In this document: piece by piece, positions 11,200 through 21,403 of the stretch | Layout of the letters: every line of letters begins with the position of its first letter | Position numbering within the stretch: position 1 is the first letter of the stretch | Origin: Prorocentrum cordatum | Taxonomy: Eukaryota | Direction: 5' to 3' | DNA length: 64,000 bases | NCBI GenBank assembly: GCA_963575745.1 | Contig: CAUYUJ010000058.1 | Span: forward strand, 1 to 64,000 | The notes under the pieces: generated by a model | Database searches by the model: none | What the model saw: only the letters and a program-made list of their open reading frames with translations | What the model was told of the DNA's origin: nothing | Position numbers and translations under genes: made by a program

Positions 11200-12190
11200 G
11201 AAGATACACGAGAGCCATTCACATGGACCCTACAAGGAGTCATTGGTACGGTATCTACAGCATGGTGGAGCTTGCCGACGAGCGGCACAAGCAGCACGTC
11301 TCTTCAGATGCACGACATGTGAAGAGCAGGCTCGGACGGCAGCGAGACCTACGGCAGCTCAGCCTGAGGTTAAGGACTTTAACGAAGCCATCAGCATGGA
11401 CTTCATGATCATACCCGACCTGGACCAGAACATGCACGTGGTGCTTGTGATCGTGGACGTGGCCTCGGACTTCACCGTGGCGATCTACACGTGTCCCGGA
11501 TCGAGACCTACGGCAGAGTTAGCGAAGAAGGTTTTCGAACTCGGATGGCTTACCTGGGCCGGGCCACCGCGCATCATGGAGCAGGACCAGGACTCTACCT
11601 TTATGGGCGAGTTCGAGACGCTGTGCAACGACCTGGGCATTGCGATCAACAGCGCGGCTCCAGAGGCCCACTGGCGAATGGGCAAAGTCGAGAGGAAGAT
11701 GCGATATCTGAAGGAGATGGCGACGAGTGTCTTCAACGGTGGGGAAGTTCGCGGTCATGATTCGGTTGCAGCAGCAGCACGTGGCATGGCCAACGCGCGC
11801 AGACAATTTGTCAGCACGGCAGGCTTCTCACCACAGCAATGGGTACTTGGAGCTGGACACCGACTGCCTGCAAGTTTGGCGAATCCCGACAACGACCCAG
11901 CAATGGTTTCACGAGTGACCGAGAATACGTCATTCTGGAACCGACTACACCTTCAACAGATCTGCGGAATCCTTTTTCAAGGCAGCCAACTCATCAGCAT
12001 TGAGACGGACAGTTCTGGCGAGGACGAGGCCCCAGCCAGGGCCATTTCAGCAAGGTGATTTATTGATGCTTTGGCGATCTGATAACCTAAAGCGCAACCC
12101 GCATGCACGATGGCATGGGCCTGCCCGGTGCCTGGGAAAGGATGAGCACGGTTATTGCCTGATCCATAGCAGGATCCCGATCCTAAGTTA
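11200..12190 (+). pseudogene. Integrase (HHCC + DDE core; C-terminal part frameshifted near 11965)
   Basis: H..H (11207) and CTTC (11309-11320); D 11399, D 11585 and E 11690, the last two 35 codons apart. RWHGPA motif follows in the next frame. Confidence 0.92.
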
Positions 12191-12678
12191 ACCCAGTCTC
12201 CTTCGAAGGGCGACTGAGCACGAGGTGACCACCATGCAGTTTACCGACCTGTTTTCAGATGGCGGACCTGCGCGTGGACGAGCTGGTCAGCGTGGCTTTC
12301 TGGACCTTCGAGGTCGACAGTATAACCCAGCACGAGGTGATAAACAGCCAGACCAGCAGCCAGATCAACGGCCAGATCAGCATCCAGATCAACATCAAGA
12401 TCACCGAGATCCAGGACATCAGCAGAATCCTGGACAGGGCGATGTTCCACCACGGCCAGCAGGAGGACACGGCGATGCACCATCGAGTGCACCGACGACG
12501 GCACCAGCAGCACCTGTTCAGGGCAACGTGGAGCCGACGAAGCCAGCGGACAGCAGGAAGCGACGATCGGAAGTGGTACACGATAACGACGTGATGCCAA
12601 TGCGTTAGAGGCTGGACGACGAGTACGAGACAGCACCAGCTGATCAAGATCAAGCGGAAGAGGACCTTCGAGCACGAC

Positions 12679-15600
12679 TTGTTCGAGCGCACCAAGCTTG
12701 GGGCACCATCTTGGGAGCAGTGGCGGCCAGCAGCCAGGGCAAGACCGACCTGCGGCAGCTTGGATAACGTCAGGAACGCCCCTTTTCTACCTGACCCAAC
12801 ACCTGGGTACAAGATCGAGAGGCGGCAGCTTTTGAACTTGGACACGCGCGACCTGGTTCAAGATATCTCGAGAGTGGACTGGATAGCCAATCCTCAGATC
12901 ATCGACGATGTGGTATCACAAGACCCCATAACGATCATCGAGGAGATCACTCTGGGAAAGGAAGAGGAAGCTGCAGATGGACCAGGAGGTGGCCAACAGC
13001 CTGCAGCAGCCCCGCAGGAGCCTACCTTCACGGATGAGACCATGGAGGAACCTAAGGAGGTGAAGCGCGGAGGCAAGACGCACGCCAAGAAGGACCTGAA
13101 GCTCAAGCAGACCAAGCGGGACGACGCTCAGGACGATCGAGCTCAGCTTCGAGTACCTGCCAGGATCCAGAGGCACATGGAGGAACGCCAGAAGGCGGAG
13201 GAAACGGCAGCAGTACCAGCAGAGGTACCGCAGGACCAGCCGGCTACATCATCGTCAAGTACGCTACAGCCTGCGCAGGGCAAGCGCCAGGAACGCCCAG
13301 TCACGATCAAGGAGTTCTTGTTGGGCGATGTGCCGATCAGCATCCAACGAGCCCGGGCACAAGCTGGGCCAGTCAGGCAGCTGGCAGATGCACCGCTGCT
13401 CGTCGAGGCGTTCGTGGCCGAGCGGATGCGCAGCCAACCGACGAGAGCCAACGAGCATCAGGGGAACAACTTGAAGACGCTGGGCGACGACAAGCTCAAG
13501 TGGAAGAAGATGCAGCAGGCGGTGGAGAAGGAATGGGACACGTGGTGTAAGTACGATGCAGCAACCCACATATCAGGAGCAGCAGTCGACATGGTCGACC
13601 CGGACAAGATCCTGAGCTCCAATGTGGTCTGGACCGATAAGGGCCCCACGACCTTCGAGCCGAAAGCCAGGATCTGTGGAAGAGGCTACGAGGAGGAGTT
13701 TGACGACAAGCTACGACGGGACTCACCTACAGTCTCAGCACAGATGACGTTACTCCTGTGCAGCGTCGTATCCAGCCTCAACGTGGACCTAGTCACCGCA
13801 GATGTGAAGGGAGCCTTTCTGCAAGGCGAGGCCATCACACGCGAGCTCTACTTCCGTATCCCGACGAACCTCGGGAAGTGCAACATCCCGGGAGTGAGGG
13901 CAGGTGACCTGCTGAAGTTAAGCAAGAGCATCTACGGGACCAACGATGCAGCTCGTGCGTGGTATGTGGCACTACGCGAGACGCTCGTGAAGCTTGGATG
14001 GGAAGGCCTGAGTTTCGAGCCCGCGACCTTCATCAAGCGCAGTGCGGAGGGCACGATCATCGGGATCATGCGCCTGCACGTGGACGACTTCCTCATGGGC
14101 ATCAAGCAGGGCGACCCGGAGGGCGCCAAGATCATGAAGGACCTGCAGAAGGATATCGACTTTGGCGAGGTCAAGTACGCGAGGAAAGAGCAGGCGACGT
14201 TCTGTGGCCGGGCCTACAAGCAGGACAAGGACGGTAGCATCAACGTCACCATGGAGGCCTACGTGATGTTGATGCGGACTGTACGTATATCCAGAGAGCG
14301 CAGCAAAGCACCAGATAGCGCCTTGACCCATGCAGAGCATCGTGGGCTACGAACGGTAGTTGGACATCTTCAATGGGCCGCGCGGATGATATGCTTCGAG
14401 GAGGCCTTCGAGGCATCCCGACTGGCATCTACGCGGGGAGCTCCGACGGTGAAGGACCCACAGGACGGCAGCGCGGCCATCAGGCGGATACAGAAGCGGG
14501 GCGACTTGCTGATCAGGTTCTCATCAGGCCTGAACCTGTGGGAGACCATGGTGATCAATGTCACCGACAGTGCTTTCGACAATCTGCCGAAGCACAGATC
14601 GCAACGCGGACAATTCATCATGCTTGGCGACCAGAAGATCAACGAGGACCACAGTAACAAGTACAAGGTACATTGCATTGGGTGGCAGTCCTCCAAGATT
14701 CAACGAGTGGTGCGATCTACTCTATCAGCGGAGGCCTACTCATGTGCGGATTCGGTGGACATGTTGATATGGGCAAGGTCGACCCTGGCGGAGATCCTGC
14801 ACCCGGAGATGGACATGACCGAGATTGTGCCCGACACCTGCCCGGTGAAATGCATTTCGGTGACCGACTGCAAGAGCCCATGCGACACGATCACAAAGGA
14901 GAAGATTTCTATGACGGACAGGGGGCTTTCTTTGGAGGCGGCTATATTGCGGCAGTCACTCAAAGAGGTCAGCATCAAGTGGGTCAAGAGTGAGCTTATG
15001 CTAGCGGACTGTATGACAAAAGTACTTCCAGGAGGCTACGCGAGGAAGAGAGTTACATCAAACTTGTGGACTCTTGGGCCTGATGACAGGGCACCATCAA
15101 TACGCGGACGAAAGCTTGTTGGACCAGAGAAGGTGGCAGCCAACAAGGAGGTGGACGAGCTCAACGCGAAGATGGCCAAGCACGTCAAGCAGGAGCTGTA
15201 CGATGACACCGGGAAGGGCGACGAGGGGATCTCTACGTGGCCAGTGGAGACGTACAACTTCGTGGACGAGTGCATCTACGACGACAAGGGCGAGGCTCAA
15301 GACGAGGACTACGTCGAGACATTCTACACAGAAGAGCTAACGGACAACTACCCGATGGAGAGGAGTGGCGCGCAGAGAACCATTCAGATACCTGACCAAG
15401 TTGTAGTTCTGTTTCAACTTTGTGCACTTGCAGTGTATGGAGTTTGTCTTTCGATGTCTCCTACGGTGGTGACAGTAGTCTCTATCATCGCGGGTATCAT
15501 CATATCCATTTACGTAATGCAGCCTAAGCAGAACGACGACGAGGACATGTTTGATCCGATGGAGGTGGATAGTTCAAGCAGCGACAACCTGTTCAAGCCG

Positions 15601-15975
15601 GAGTTGCCCGAGAAGCCGGTCAAGGTCAAATCCAGGACAGCGAAGGCCACGCCAAAAGCTACGACGACAACGTTCGCAGTACGAGCCGATCCAGAGACCT
15701 ACGATGATGAGATCATGGGAGATGGACCAATTATGCTAGGAGATAGTGCTCTACTGAGGCAGTGGCTGGAGACCATGGGACCGACGATAACCAGGAGTGG
15801 CAAGTACGAGGGCGACAGCTACGAGACGATCTATACGAAGGACAGGCACTACGCAAATTGCCTAGGGCGTTGTCTCAAGCTGGACGCAGACGGGAGCAGG
15901 AGTTATAACCTCGACCCGATCATCAAGGTTTACATTGCATACAGCATCATCAAGTCAGCAGTGCGTGTACGCTGA
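12679..15975 (+). CDS. pol: pol C-terminal ORF: Copia-type reverse transcriptase, RNase H and ~300-aa extension
   Basis: RT motifs KARICGRG, DSPT, ADVKGAFLQG (D 13801), KSIYGTNDAARAWY and LHVDD (14074-14088). RNase H motifs TDS (14563), RSTLSAE, TDCKS and LADCMTK (15001). Confidence 0.95.
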   Translation: MFERTKLGAPSWEQWRPAARARPTCGSLDNVRNAPFLPDPTPGYKIERRQLLNLDTRDLVQDISRVDWIANPQIIDDVVSQDPITIIEEITLGKEEEAADGPGGGQQPAAAPQEPTFTDETMEEPKEVKRGGKTHAKKDLKLKQTKRDDAQDDRAQLRVPARIQRHMEERQKAEETAAVPAEVPQDQPATSSSSTLQPAQGKRQERPVTIKEFLLGDVPISIQRARAQAGPVRQLADAPLLVEAFVAERMRSQPTRANEHQGNNLKTLGDDKLKWKKMQQAVEKEWDTWCKYDAATHISGAAVDMVDPDKILSSNVVWTDKGPTTFEPKARICGRGYEEEFDDKLRRDSPTVSAQMTLLLCSVVSSLNVDLVTADVKGAFLQGEAITRELYFRIPTNLGKCNIPGVRAGDLLKLSKSIYGTNDAARAWYVALRETLVKLGWEGLSFEPATFIKRSAEGTIIGIMRLHVDDFLMGIKQGDPEGAKIMKDLQKDIDFGEVKYARKEQATFCGRAYKQDKDGSINVTMEAYVMLMRTVRISRERSKAPDSALTHAEHRGLRTVVGHLQWAARMICFEEAFEASRLASTRGAPTVKDPQDGSAAIRRIQKRGDLLIRFSSGLNLWETMVINVTDSAFDNLPKHRSQRGQFIMLGDQKINEDHSNKYKVHCIGWQSSKIQRVVRSTLSAEAYSCADSVDMLIWARSTLAEILHPEMDMTEIVPDTCPVKCISVTDCKSPCDTITKEKISMTDRGLSLEAAILRQSLKEVSIKWVKSELMLADCMTKVLPGGYARKRVTSNLWTLGPDDRAPSIRGRKLVGPEKVAANKEVDELNAKMAKHVKQELYDDTGKGDEGISTWPVETYNFVDECIYDDKGEAQDEDYVETFYTEELTDNYPMERSGAQRTIQIPDQVVVLFQLCALAVYGVCLSMSPTVVTVVSIIAGIIISIYVMQPKQNDDEDMFDPMEVDSSSSDNLFKPELPEKPVKVKSRTAKATPKATTTTFAVRADPETYDDEIMGDGPIMLGDSALLRQWLETMGPTITRSGKYEGDSYETIYTKDRHYANCLGRCLKLDADGSRSYNLDPIIKVYIAYSIIKSAVRVR

Positions 15976-16144
15976 TCCCCACTACTACATATGTGGCGAT
16001 GTCTGGGAGCCAGCCAAGGCAGGGGCTCAGATATGAGCGGTGGTGAGGATGATGAGTGATTTGGGTTGCCATTTTCAGATGATGAGTGATGTTTGGTCAC
16101 CATCTACATATGAGGAGTGAAAGCACCCCCTCAAGAGCTCAGGT

Positions 16145-16282
16145 AAATATTTGATTTCTTTTATCCTGATATCTGTTGCTTGATACACGGGCGGTAGTTT
16201 GGCCGTTCGAGCAGAAAATATTTGATTTCTTTTATATGATATCTGTTGCTTGGTGCACGGACGGTAGCTTGACCGCGCGAGC
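16145..16282 (+). repeat. ~70-bp tandem duplication in the Copia 3' UTR
   Basis: aaatatttgatttcttttat..tgatatctgttgcttg..cacgg.cggtag.ttg.ccg..cgagc at 16145-16212 and 16216-16282. Confidence 0.9.
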
Positions 16283-16359
16283 CAATATTATTATTCAATA
16301 TTCTGGAGGCTTGCTGCATAATTTGCCAAGGCATTATTTAGCAACGTTTCCTTTTCCTG

Positions 16360-16610
16360 TGTGAAAGTTGTATTAGCAAGGATGTGAGTTATATGCTGAT
16401 GTGTAGAATTATCTATGTTGCTGCTCTCGCTCGCTCATGCTTGCACTCTCTTGTTCACTATTGCCGTTTTTGGCTTGGACCCGCCAGCTGTGGCGGGAGG
16501 GTGGGCGCATTCTACGACTGTCTACCTTGACATCGGAATAAAACAGATCACGCTCTATCTATTTCTTCTTGCATCAAGAGGTTGTGGGTGGAGAGATCAG
16601 GATCAATACA
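16360..16610 (+). repeat. 3' LTR
   Basis: tgtgaaagttgtattagc...ggatcaataca, followed by the TSD tttc. Confidence 0.93.
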
Positions 16611-16894
16611 TTTCGCTCGTCGTCGTGGTCGTCGCAGTCGTCGTCGTCGACGTCGTCGTCGCGGTCGGTCCCCTATCCGTCCCTCTTGGGGTCGGGTTGC
16701 CGCCGATCAGCGCTGCCGCTGGCCAGGCCGACGGTGCGCGGCCGCCCGCCGCTTGCCTGGGCCCGGCCTGCAAGGAAGAAATATATACCCCCCAAAAGGG
16801 TACGATCGAAAACGAAAAGGGCGGGTATCGAGGGTTTGGGAAATACGATTTAACGGACACTCGAGCACATAAGAGCGAACAAAATGAATATTAG

Positions 16895-16943
<49 letters not shown>

Positions 16944-18015
16944 GAATTCGTCCGGTTGAAGAATCATCATTGCTGATTACCCCCCTCCAGTGACCATCGT
17001 GTGTTTGTTCAATTGAAGTGTTTCCGCTGCCCTTCGTGGCCTCGCTGCCCTTCGTGGCCTTGTTGCAACCCTTCGTGGCCCCCGCGCTGCCCTTCGTGAG
17101 CCCGTTGCAGCCCTTCGTGTCCCCTTCGTTGCCCTTCGTGGCCCCGTTGCAGCCCTTTGTGGCCCGCAGCCCTTCGTGGCCCCGTTGCAGCCCTTCGAGG
17201 CCCCCTCGCTGTCCTTCGTGGTCCCGTCGCTGCCCTTCGTGGCCCCGTCGCAGCCCTTCGTAGCCCCCTCGCTGCCCTTCGTGGCCCCGTTGATGCCATT
17301 CGTGACCACACTGCTGCCCTTCGTGGCCCCGTTGTATGTATGCCCTTCGTGGCCCCCGCTCGTTCGCGCCCGTCGTGGCCCCATATGCATGCCCCTCGTA
17401 GCCCCGCTGTCGCCTTTCGTGGCCTCCTCGCTGCCCTTCGTGGCCCCGTTGATGCCCTCAGTGGCCCCGTCCTGGCCCTCTGCGGCCCACTATACGTGTG
17501 CCATTCGTGGCCCCCGCTCGTTCGCGCCCGTCGTGGCCCCATACGCATGTCCTTCGTGACCCCGCTGTCGCCCTTTGTGGCCCCTTCCTTCTCCTACGTG
17601 GCCCCATTGCTACCCTCAGTGGCCTCGTCGTTGCCCTGTGTGGCCCCGCATTATCTGCCCTTCGTGGCCCCCGCTCGTTCGCGCCCTTCGTGGCCCCACG
17701 CGCATGCCCTTCGTGGCCCCCTTCCTGCCCCTCGTGGCCCCGCTGTCGTTTTCGCTCTCGCTTTCGCTCGTCGTCGTCGTCGTCGTGGTCGGTCCCCTGT
17801 CCGTCCCTGTTGCGGTCGGGTTGCCGCCGATCAGCGCTGCCGCTGGCCAGGCCGACGGTCCGCGGCCGCCCCGTCGCTTGCCGGGGCCCGGCCTGCAGGG
17901 AAGAAAGGTACACCCCCCACAAGGGGTACGATCGAAGACGAAAAGGGCGGGTAACGCGTGTTTGGGACATACGCGTTGAATGACAGTTAAGTAGATAAGA
18001 GCGAACAGTATAAAA
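16611..18015 (+). repeat. Right part of the split host repeat (16611-16895), then an uninterrupted tandem paralog (~16945-18015)
   Basis: 16611-16890 aligns with 17762-18010, and 17026-17765 aligns with 6420-7292. Confidence 0.9.
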
Positions 18016-18749
18016 AAATGATTGTTGTTGCTACTGTTGTTGGTGTCGCTGTTGTTTTTGCTGTTGCTGTTGATGATGATGCTGATGATGGAGATGGTGA
18101 TGATTATGATGCTGAGGAGGAGGCGCAGCAGCAGGAGGAGGAGGAGGAGGAGGAGGTTGAGGAGGTTGCGGGGGAGACGGAGGAGGTGGTGGAAGAAGAG
18201 GTGGAATGCGTAGGCGGAGGAGGGAGGCCAGGACAGGAGCTCGGGGCGAGGGGGATGAGGAGGGACGGGCCAGGACGAGGAGAGGGACAGGACGAGGATA
18301 CAGAGGAGACGCAGGTCTCCGTGGACGCCGAGGCGTGCTGCCCTGACTGCCGCGAGGCCGCGCGCGGGCGCGCCTCCTCCTCCGCCGTGCCCCCCCCCCC
18401 CTTCGGGCACTGGCGCCTCCGCGAGGCGCAGGCCCCTCCCACGCCCTGGCGTCCTGTTGCGCACGGGGGCGCGGAGATCCCCCCTCACTCCTCCTCCTCC
18501 GCCTCCGCCTCCTCCTCCTCCCTCCTCCTCCTCCTCCTCCTCCTCCTCCTCCCTCCTCCTCCCTCCTCCTCCTCCTCCTCCTCCTCCTCCTCCTCCTCCT
18601 CCTCCTCCTCCTCCTCCTCCCCCTCAGGCGGCACGAGTTGTCCTGAGGAGGACCCCGCCCGCGAATATTGAGTGAGGTCGCACACTCCGCTTGTGGTAAA
18701 ATTCAAAATCGTGGCCACCACTCTGACATTGCCCAGCGTGGCCACTCTG

Positions 18750-20870
18750 ATGAAGCTGCGTTTCTTGCGCTGGAATCCTCTCAGCCTCAGTTCCCGAGGG
18801 CGACAATAAGAAGTTATCACTAGCGCGAGGTCTTTCCACCTGAGTTGTTTCGTGGGAGCACACGTTCGAGCTCGGCCTGAATCGGCTCTGGAGAAGCGGA
18901 TGATGAATGGAGTTCTATTGTTTGGAGGCGGGCTATGGGAGATGCGTACGCGAACAAGAGCACGGGCGTTTCCATTACCCTGAGCTGTGGCTTGCGTGAG
19001 CGACGCATTATACGACATTGGGTTTCTTTTCCCGAGTTTGGCTGGTCGAGGGCTCGGCATCTGCGTGAAGAGATCGGGCTTGGATGTGGCTGTTGTGGGC
19101 TACTATTTCCCAACCATCCTGTGGTGTTGGGCCCTCGTTTTGAAGAGACGGTGCCCCGCGTCTCCTTCTTCTCCCGCCGCCCCCTCCCTCCTCCCTCCTC
19201 CCCCTCGTTGCCTCTGCTCTCGGCACACCCCTCACACGTTTCGTGCCCCCATATGGAGCTCCACCGAAGGTCCCAGTGGTTGCTCTCGCATGCGGTTCCC
19301 CCCACCCAGGGCAGCGCTCCGTGGCCCCATAGGGAGCTCCACCGAAGGCCCCAGTGGCTGCTCTCGCATGCGGTTCCCCCACCCAGGGCAGCGTTTCGTG
19401 GCCCCATAGGGAGCTCCACCGAGGCCCCAGTGGCTGCTCTCGCATGCGGTTCCCCCACCCAGGGCAGCGCTTCGTGGCCCCATGGGGAGCTCCACCGCCC
19501 CATTCGCATGCGTTCCCCCACCCAGGCAGCACTCTTGGCATGCGGTTCCCCCACCCAGCGTATAGGGAGCTCCACCGAAGGCCCCAGTGGGGGTTCGCAT
19601 GCGGTTCCCCCACCCAGGGCAGCGTTTCGTAGCCCCATAGGGAGCTCCACCGAAGGCCCCAGTGGGGGTGTTCGCATGCGGTTCCCCCACCCAGGGCAGC
19701 GTTTCGTGGCCCCATAGGGAGCTCCACCGAAGGCCCCAGTGGGGGTGTTCGCATGCGGTTCCCCCACCCAGGGCAGCGTTTCGTGGCCCCATAGGGAGCT
19801 CCACCGAAGGCCCCAGTGGGGGTGTTCGCATGCGGTTCCCCCACCCAGGGCAGCGTTTCGTGGCCCCATAGGGAGCTCCACCGAAGGCCCCAGTGGGGGT
19901 GTTCGCATGCGGTTCCCCCACCCAGGGCAGCGTTTCGTAGCCCCATAGGGAGCTCCACCGAAGGCCCCAGTGGGGGTGTTCGCATGCGGTTCCCCCACCC
20001 AGGGCAGCGTTTCGTGGCCCCATAGGGAGCTCCACCGAAGGCCCCAGTGGGGGTGTTCGCATGCGGTTCCCCCACCCAGGGCAGCGTTTCGTGGCCCCAT
20101 AGGGAGCTCCACCGAAGGCCCCAGTGGGGGTGTTCGCATGCGGTTCCCCCACCCAGGGCAGCGTTTCGTGGCCCCATAGGGAGCTCCACCGAAGGCCCCA
20201 GTGGGGGTGTTCGCATGCGGTTCCCCCACCCAGGGCAGCGTTTCGTGGCCCCATAGGGAGCTCCACCGAAGGCCCCAGTGGCTGCTCTCGCATGCGGTTC
20301 CCCCACCCAGGGCAGCGCTTCGTTGCCCCATATGGAGCTCCACCGAAGGCCCCAGTGGCGCAGTTCGCATGCGGTTCCCCCGCCCAAGGCAGCGTTTCGT
20401 GGCCCCATAGGGAGCTCCACCGAAGGCCCGCCCCAGTGGCGCAGTTCGCATGCGGTCCCCCCACCCAAGGCAGCGTTTCGTGGCCCCATAGGGAGCCCCA
20501 CCGAAAGCGGCACCCACAACGCGTTACGAACAATTGCTTATGGTTGGGTCCTTCGCCAGGATAATTTCTTTCCCGACCTCGCCATCTGCATGACAAGCCC
20601 AATTACTACCACACGGTGAATGAACATGTCGGGCGGCTGCGTTCTATCTGCGTTGAGTCTGCTCAGCATTCCAAAGTTTTCCTGGTCAGTAGTCTTGATT
20701 TGAATGATGGAATTGGAACTGTATGTAGAGACGGGGGCTGGGCTTATTCGAACACGCCCACGGGCATTGAGACTCTGGCTGCTGGAGAACAGCCTCCTGA
20801 GGGCGCTGGGGAGCAAGCTCGGGGACTCGAGGACGAATGCGGCCTGGTGCTTCTTGGTCTTCGGAAAAAA
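18750..20870 (+). pseudogene. LINE APE-type endonuclease remnant split by an inserted repeat element
   Basis: Frameshifted pieces MKLRFLRWNPLSL, YANKSTGVSI and PSLAGRGLGICVKRSGLDVAVVGYYFP before the insertion; PRHLHDKPNYYHTV...SSLDLNDGIG (GDxN-like motif) after it. Confidence 0.65.
19112..20568 (-). mobile_element. Non-coding inserted element made of a conserved cap and a 77-bp tandem array
   Basis: About 16 copies of gggagctccaccgaaggccccagtgggggtgttcgcatgcggttcccccacccagggcagcgtttcgtggccccata, with TTTCCC on both sides. The strand is inferred. Confidence 0.7.
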
Positions 20871-20980
20871 GGTAGAACCCACCTTGTTTGGAGGAGGAGG
20901 AGGAGGAGGAGGAGGAGGAGGAGGAGGATCAGAGCAGCAGAGTTGAATGCACCGTTGGAGCGGCAGCTGCAGTTGATCAG

Positions 20981-21038
20981 GTCGTCTCGGGCGGGCTCCT
21001 CGCGGGCCTCATGAAGGAGCACCGGCTCATCCCCCCAG
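20981..21038 (+). CDS. Candidate host-gene micro-exon (VVSGGLLAGLMKEHRLIPP)
   Basis: atcag|G acceptor, CAG|gt donor, coding-like GC3. Confidence 0.35.
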
Positions 21039-21045
21039 GTATCTT

Positions 21046-21207
21046 CAGGAGGGGAAAAAACACACAGACACAATTAATCGTCGATTCCCCAGAAAAAATT
21101 GCAAAATATGGGAAGTGGGGTGGAAGGCAAAACCCAGACAATATGGGAAAATATGGGGAATCCTGTCATTTGTGTGTATTTACCTGTGTGTCCCAGGGCC
21201 CCTTCAC
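21046..21207. mobile_element. MITE-like element, CAGGAGGGG family (degenerate copy)
   Basis: Aligns along its length with 60455-60615. Confidence 0.65.
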
Positions 21208-21330
21208 ATCCGAGGGACCACGCGCCGCTGCACTGTGGGATTTCGCACCGCCCGAAGAACTCTCTTCGGATCGAAGTTTCTGGAATCTCGGGCCACGAAG
21301 TTCTCTGAAGAGTTTTTGTTGTTACCCTGG

Positions 21331-21358
21331 CCATCCTGTGGTGTTGGGTCCTCGTTCT

Positions 21359-21403
<45 letters not shown>

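Larger units (their letters stand above)
7293..16610 (+). mobile_element. Full-length, decayed Ty1/Copia LTR retrotransposon carrying a DNA-methyltransferase-like domain
   Basis: Two ~255-bp TG...CA direct repeats, TTTC duplicated at 7289-7292 and 16611-16614, and a PBS. Domain order is gag-PR-(DNMT)-IN-RT-RNase H, and IN before RT defines Copia. Confidence 0.95.

Noticed and set aside
16111..16123. gaggag-TGAAAG as the true PPT and 3' LTR start
   Set aside because: The sequence after it has no counterpart at the 5' end, and the TSD fixes the element start at 7293.
7293..16610. Copia element as currently active
   Set aside because: It has multiple in-frame stops and frameshifts, altered conserved residues and visibly diverged LTRs.
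19240..20505. 77-bp periodic array as a CRISPR array
   Set aside because: Whole units are near-identical with no unique spacers, there are no cas genes, and the context is eukaryotic.
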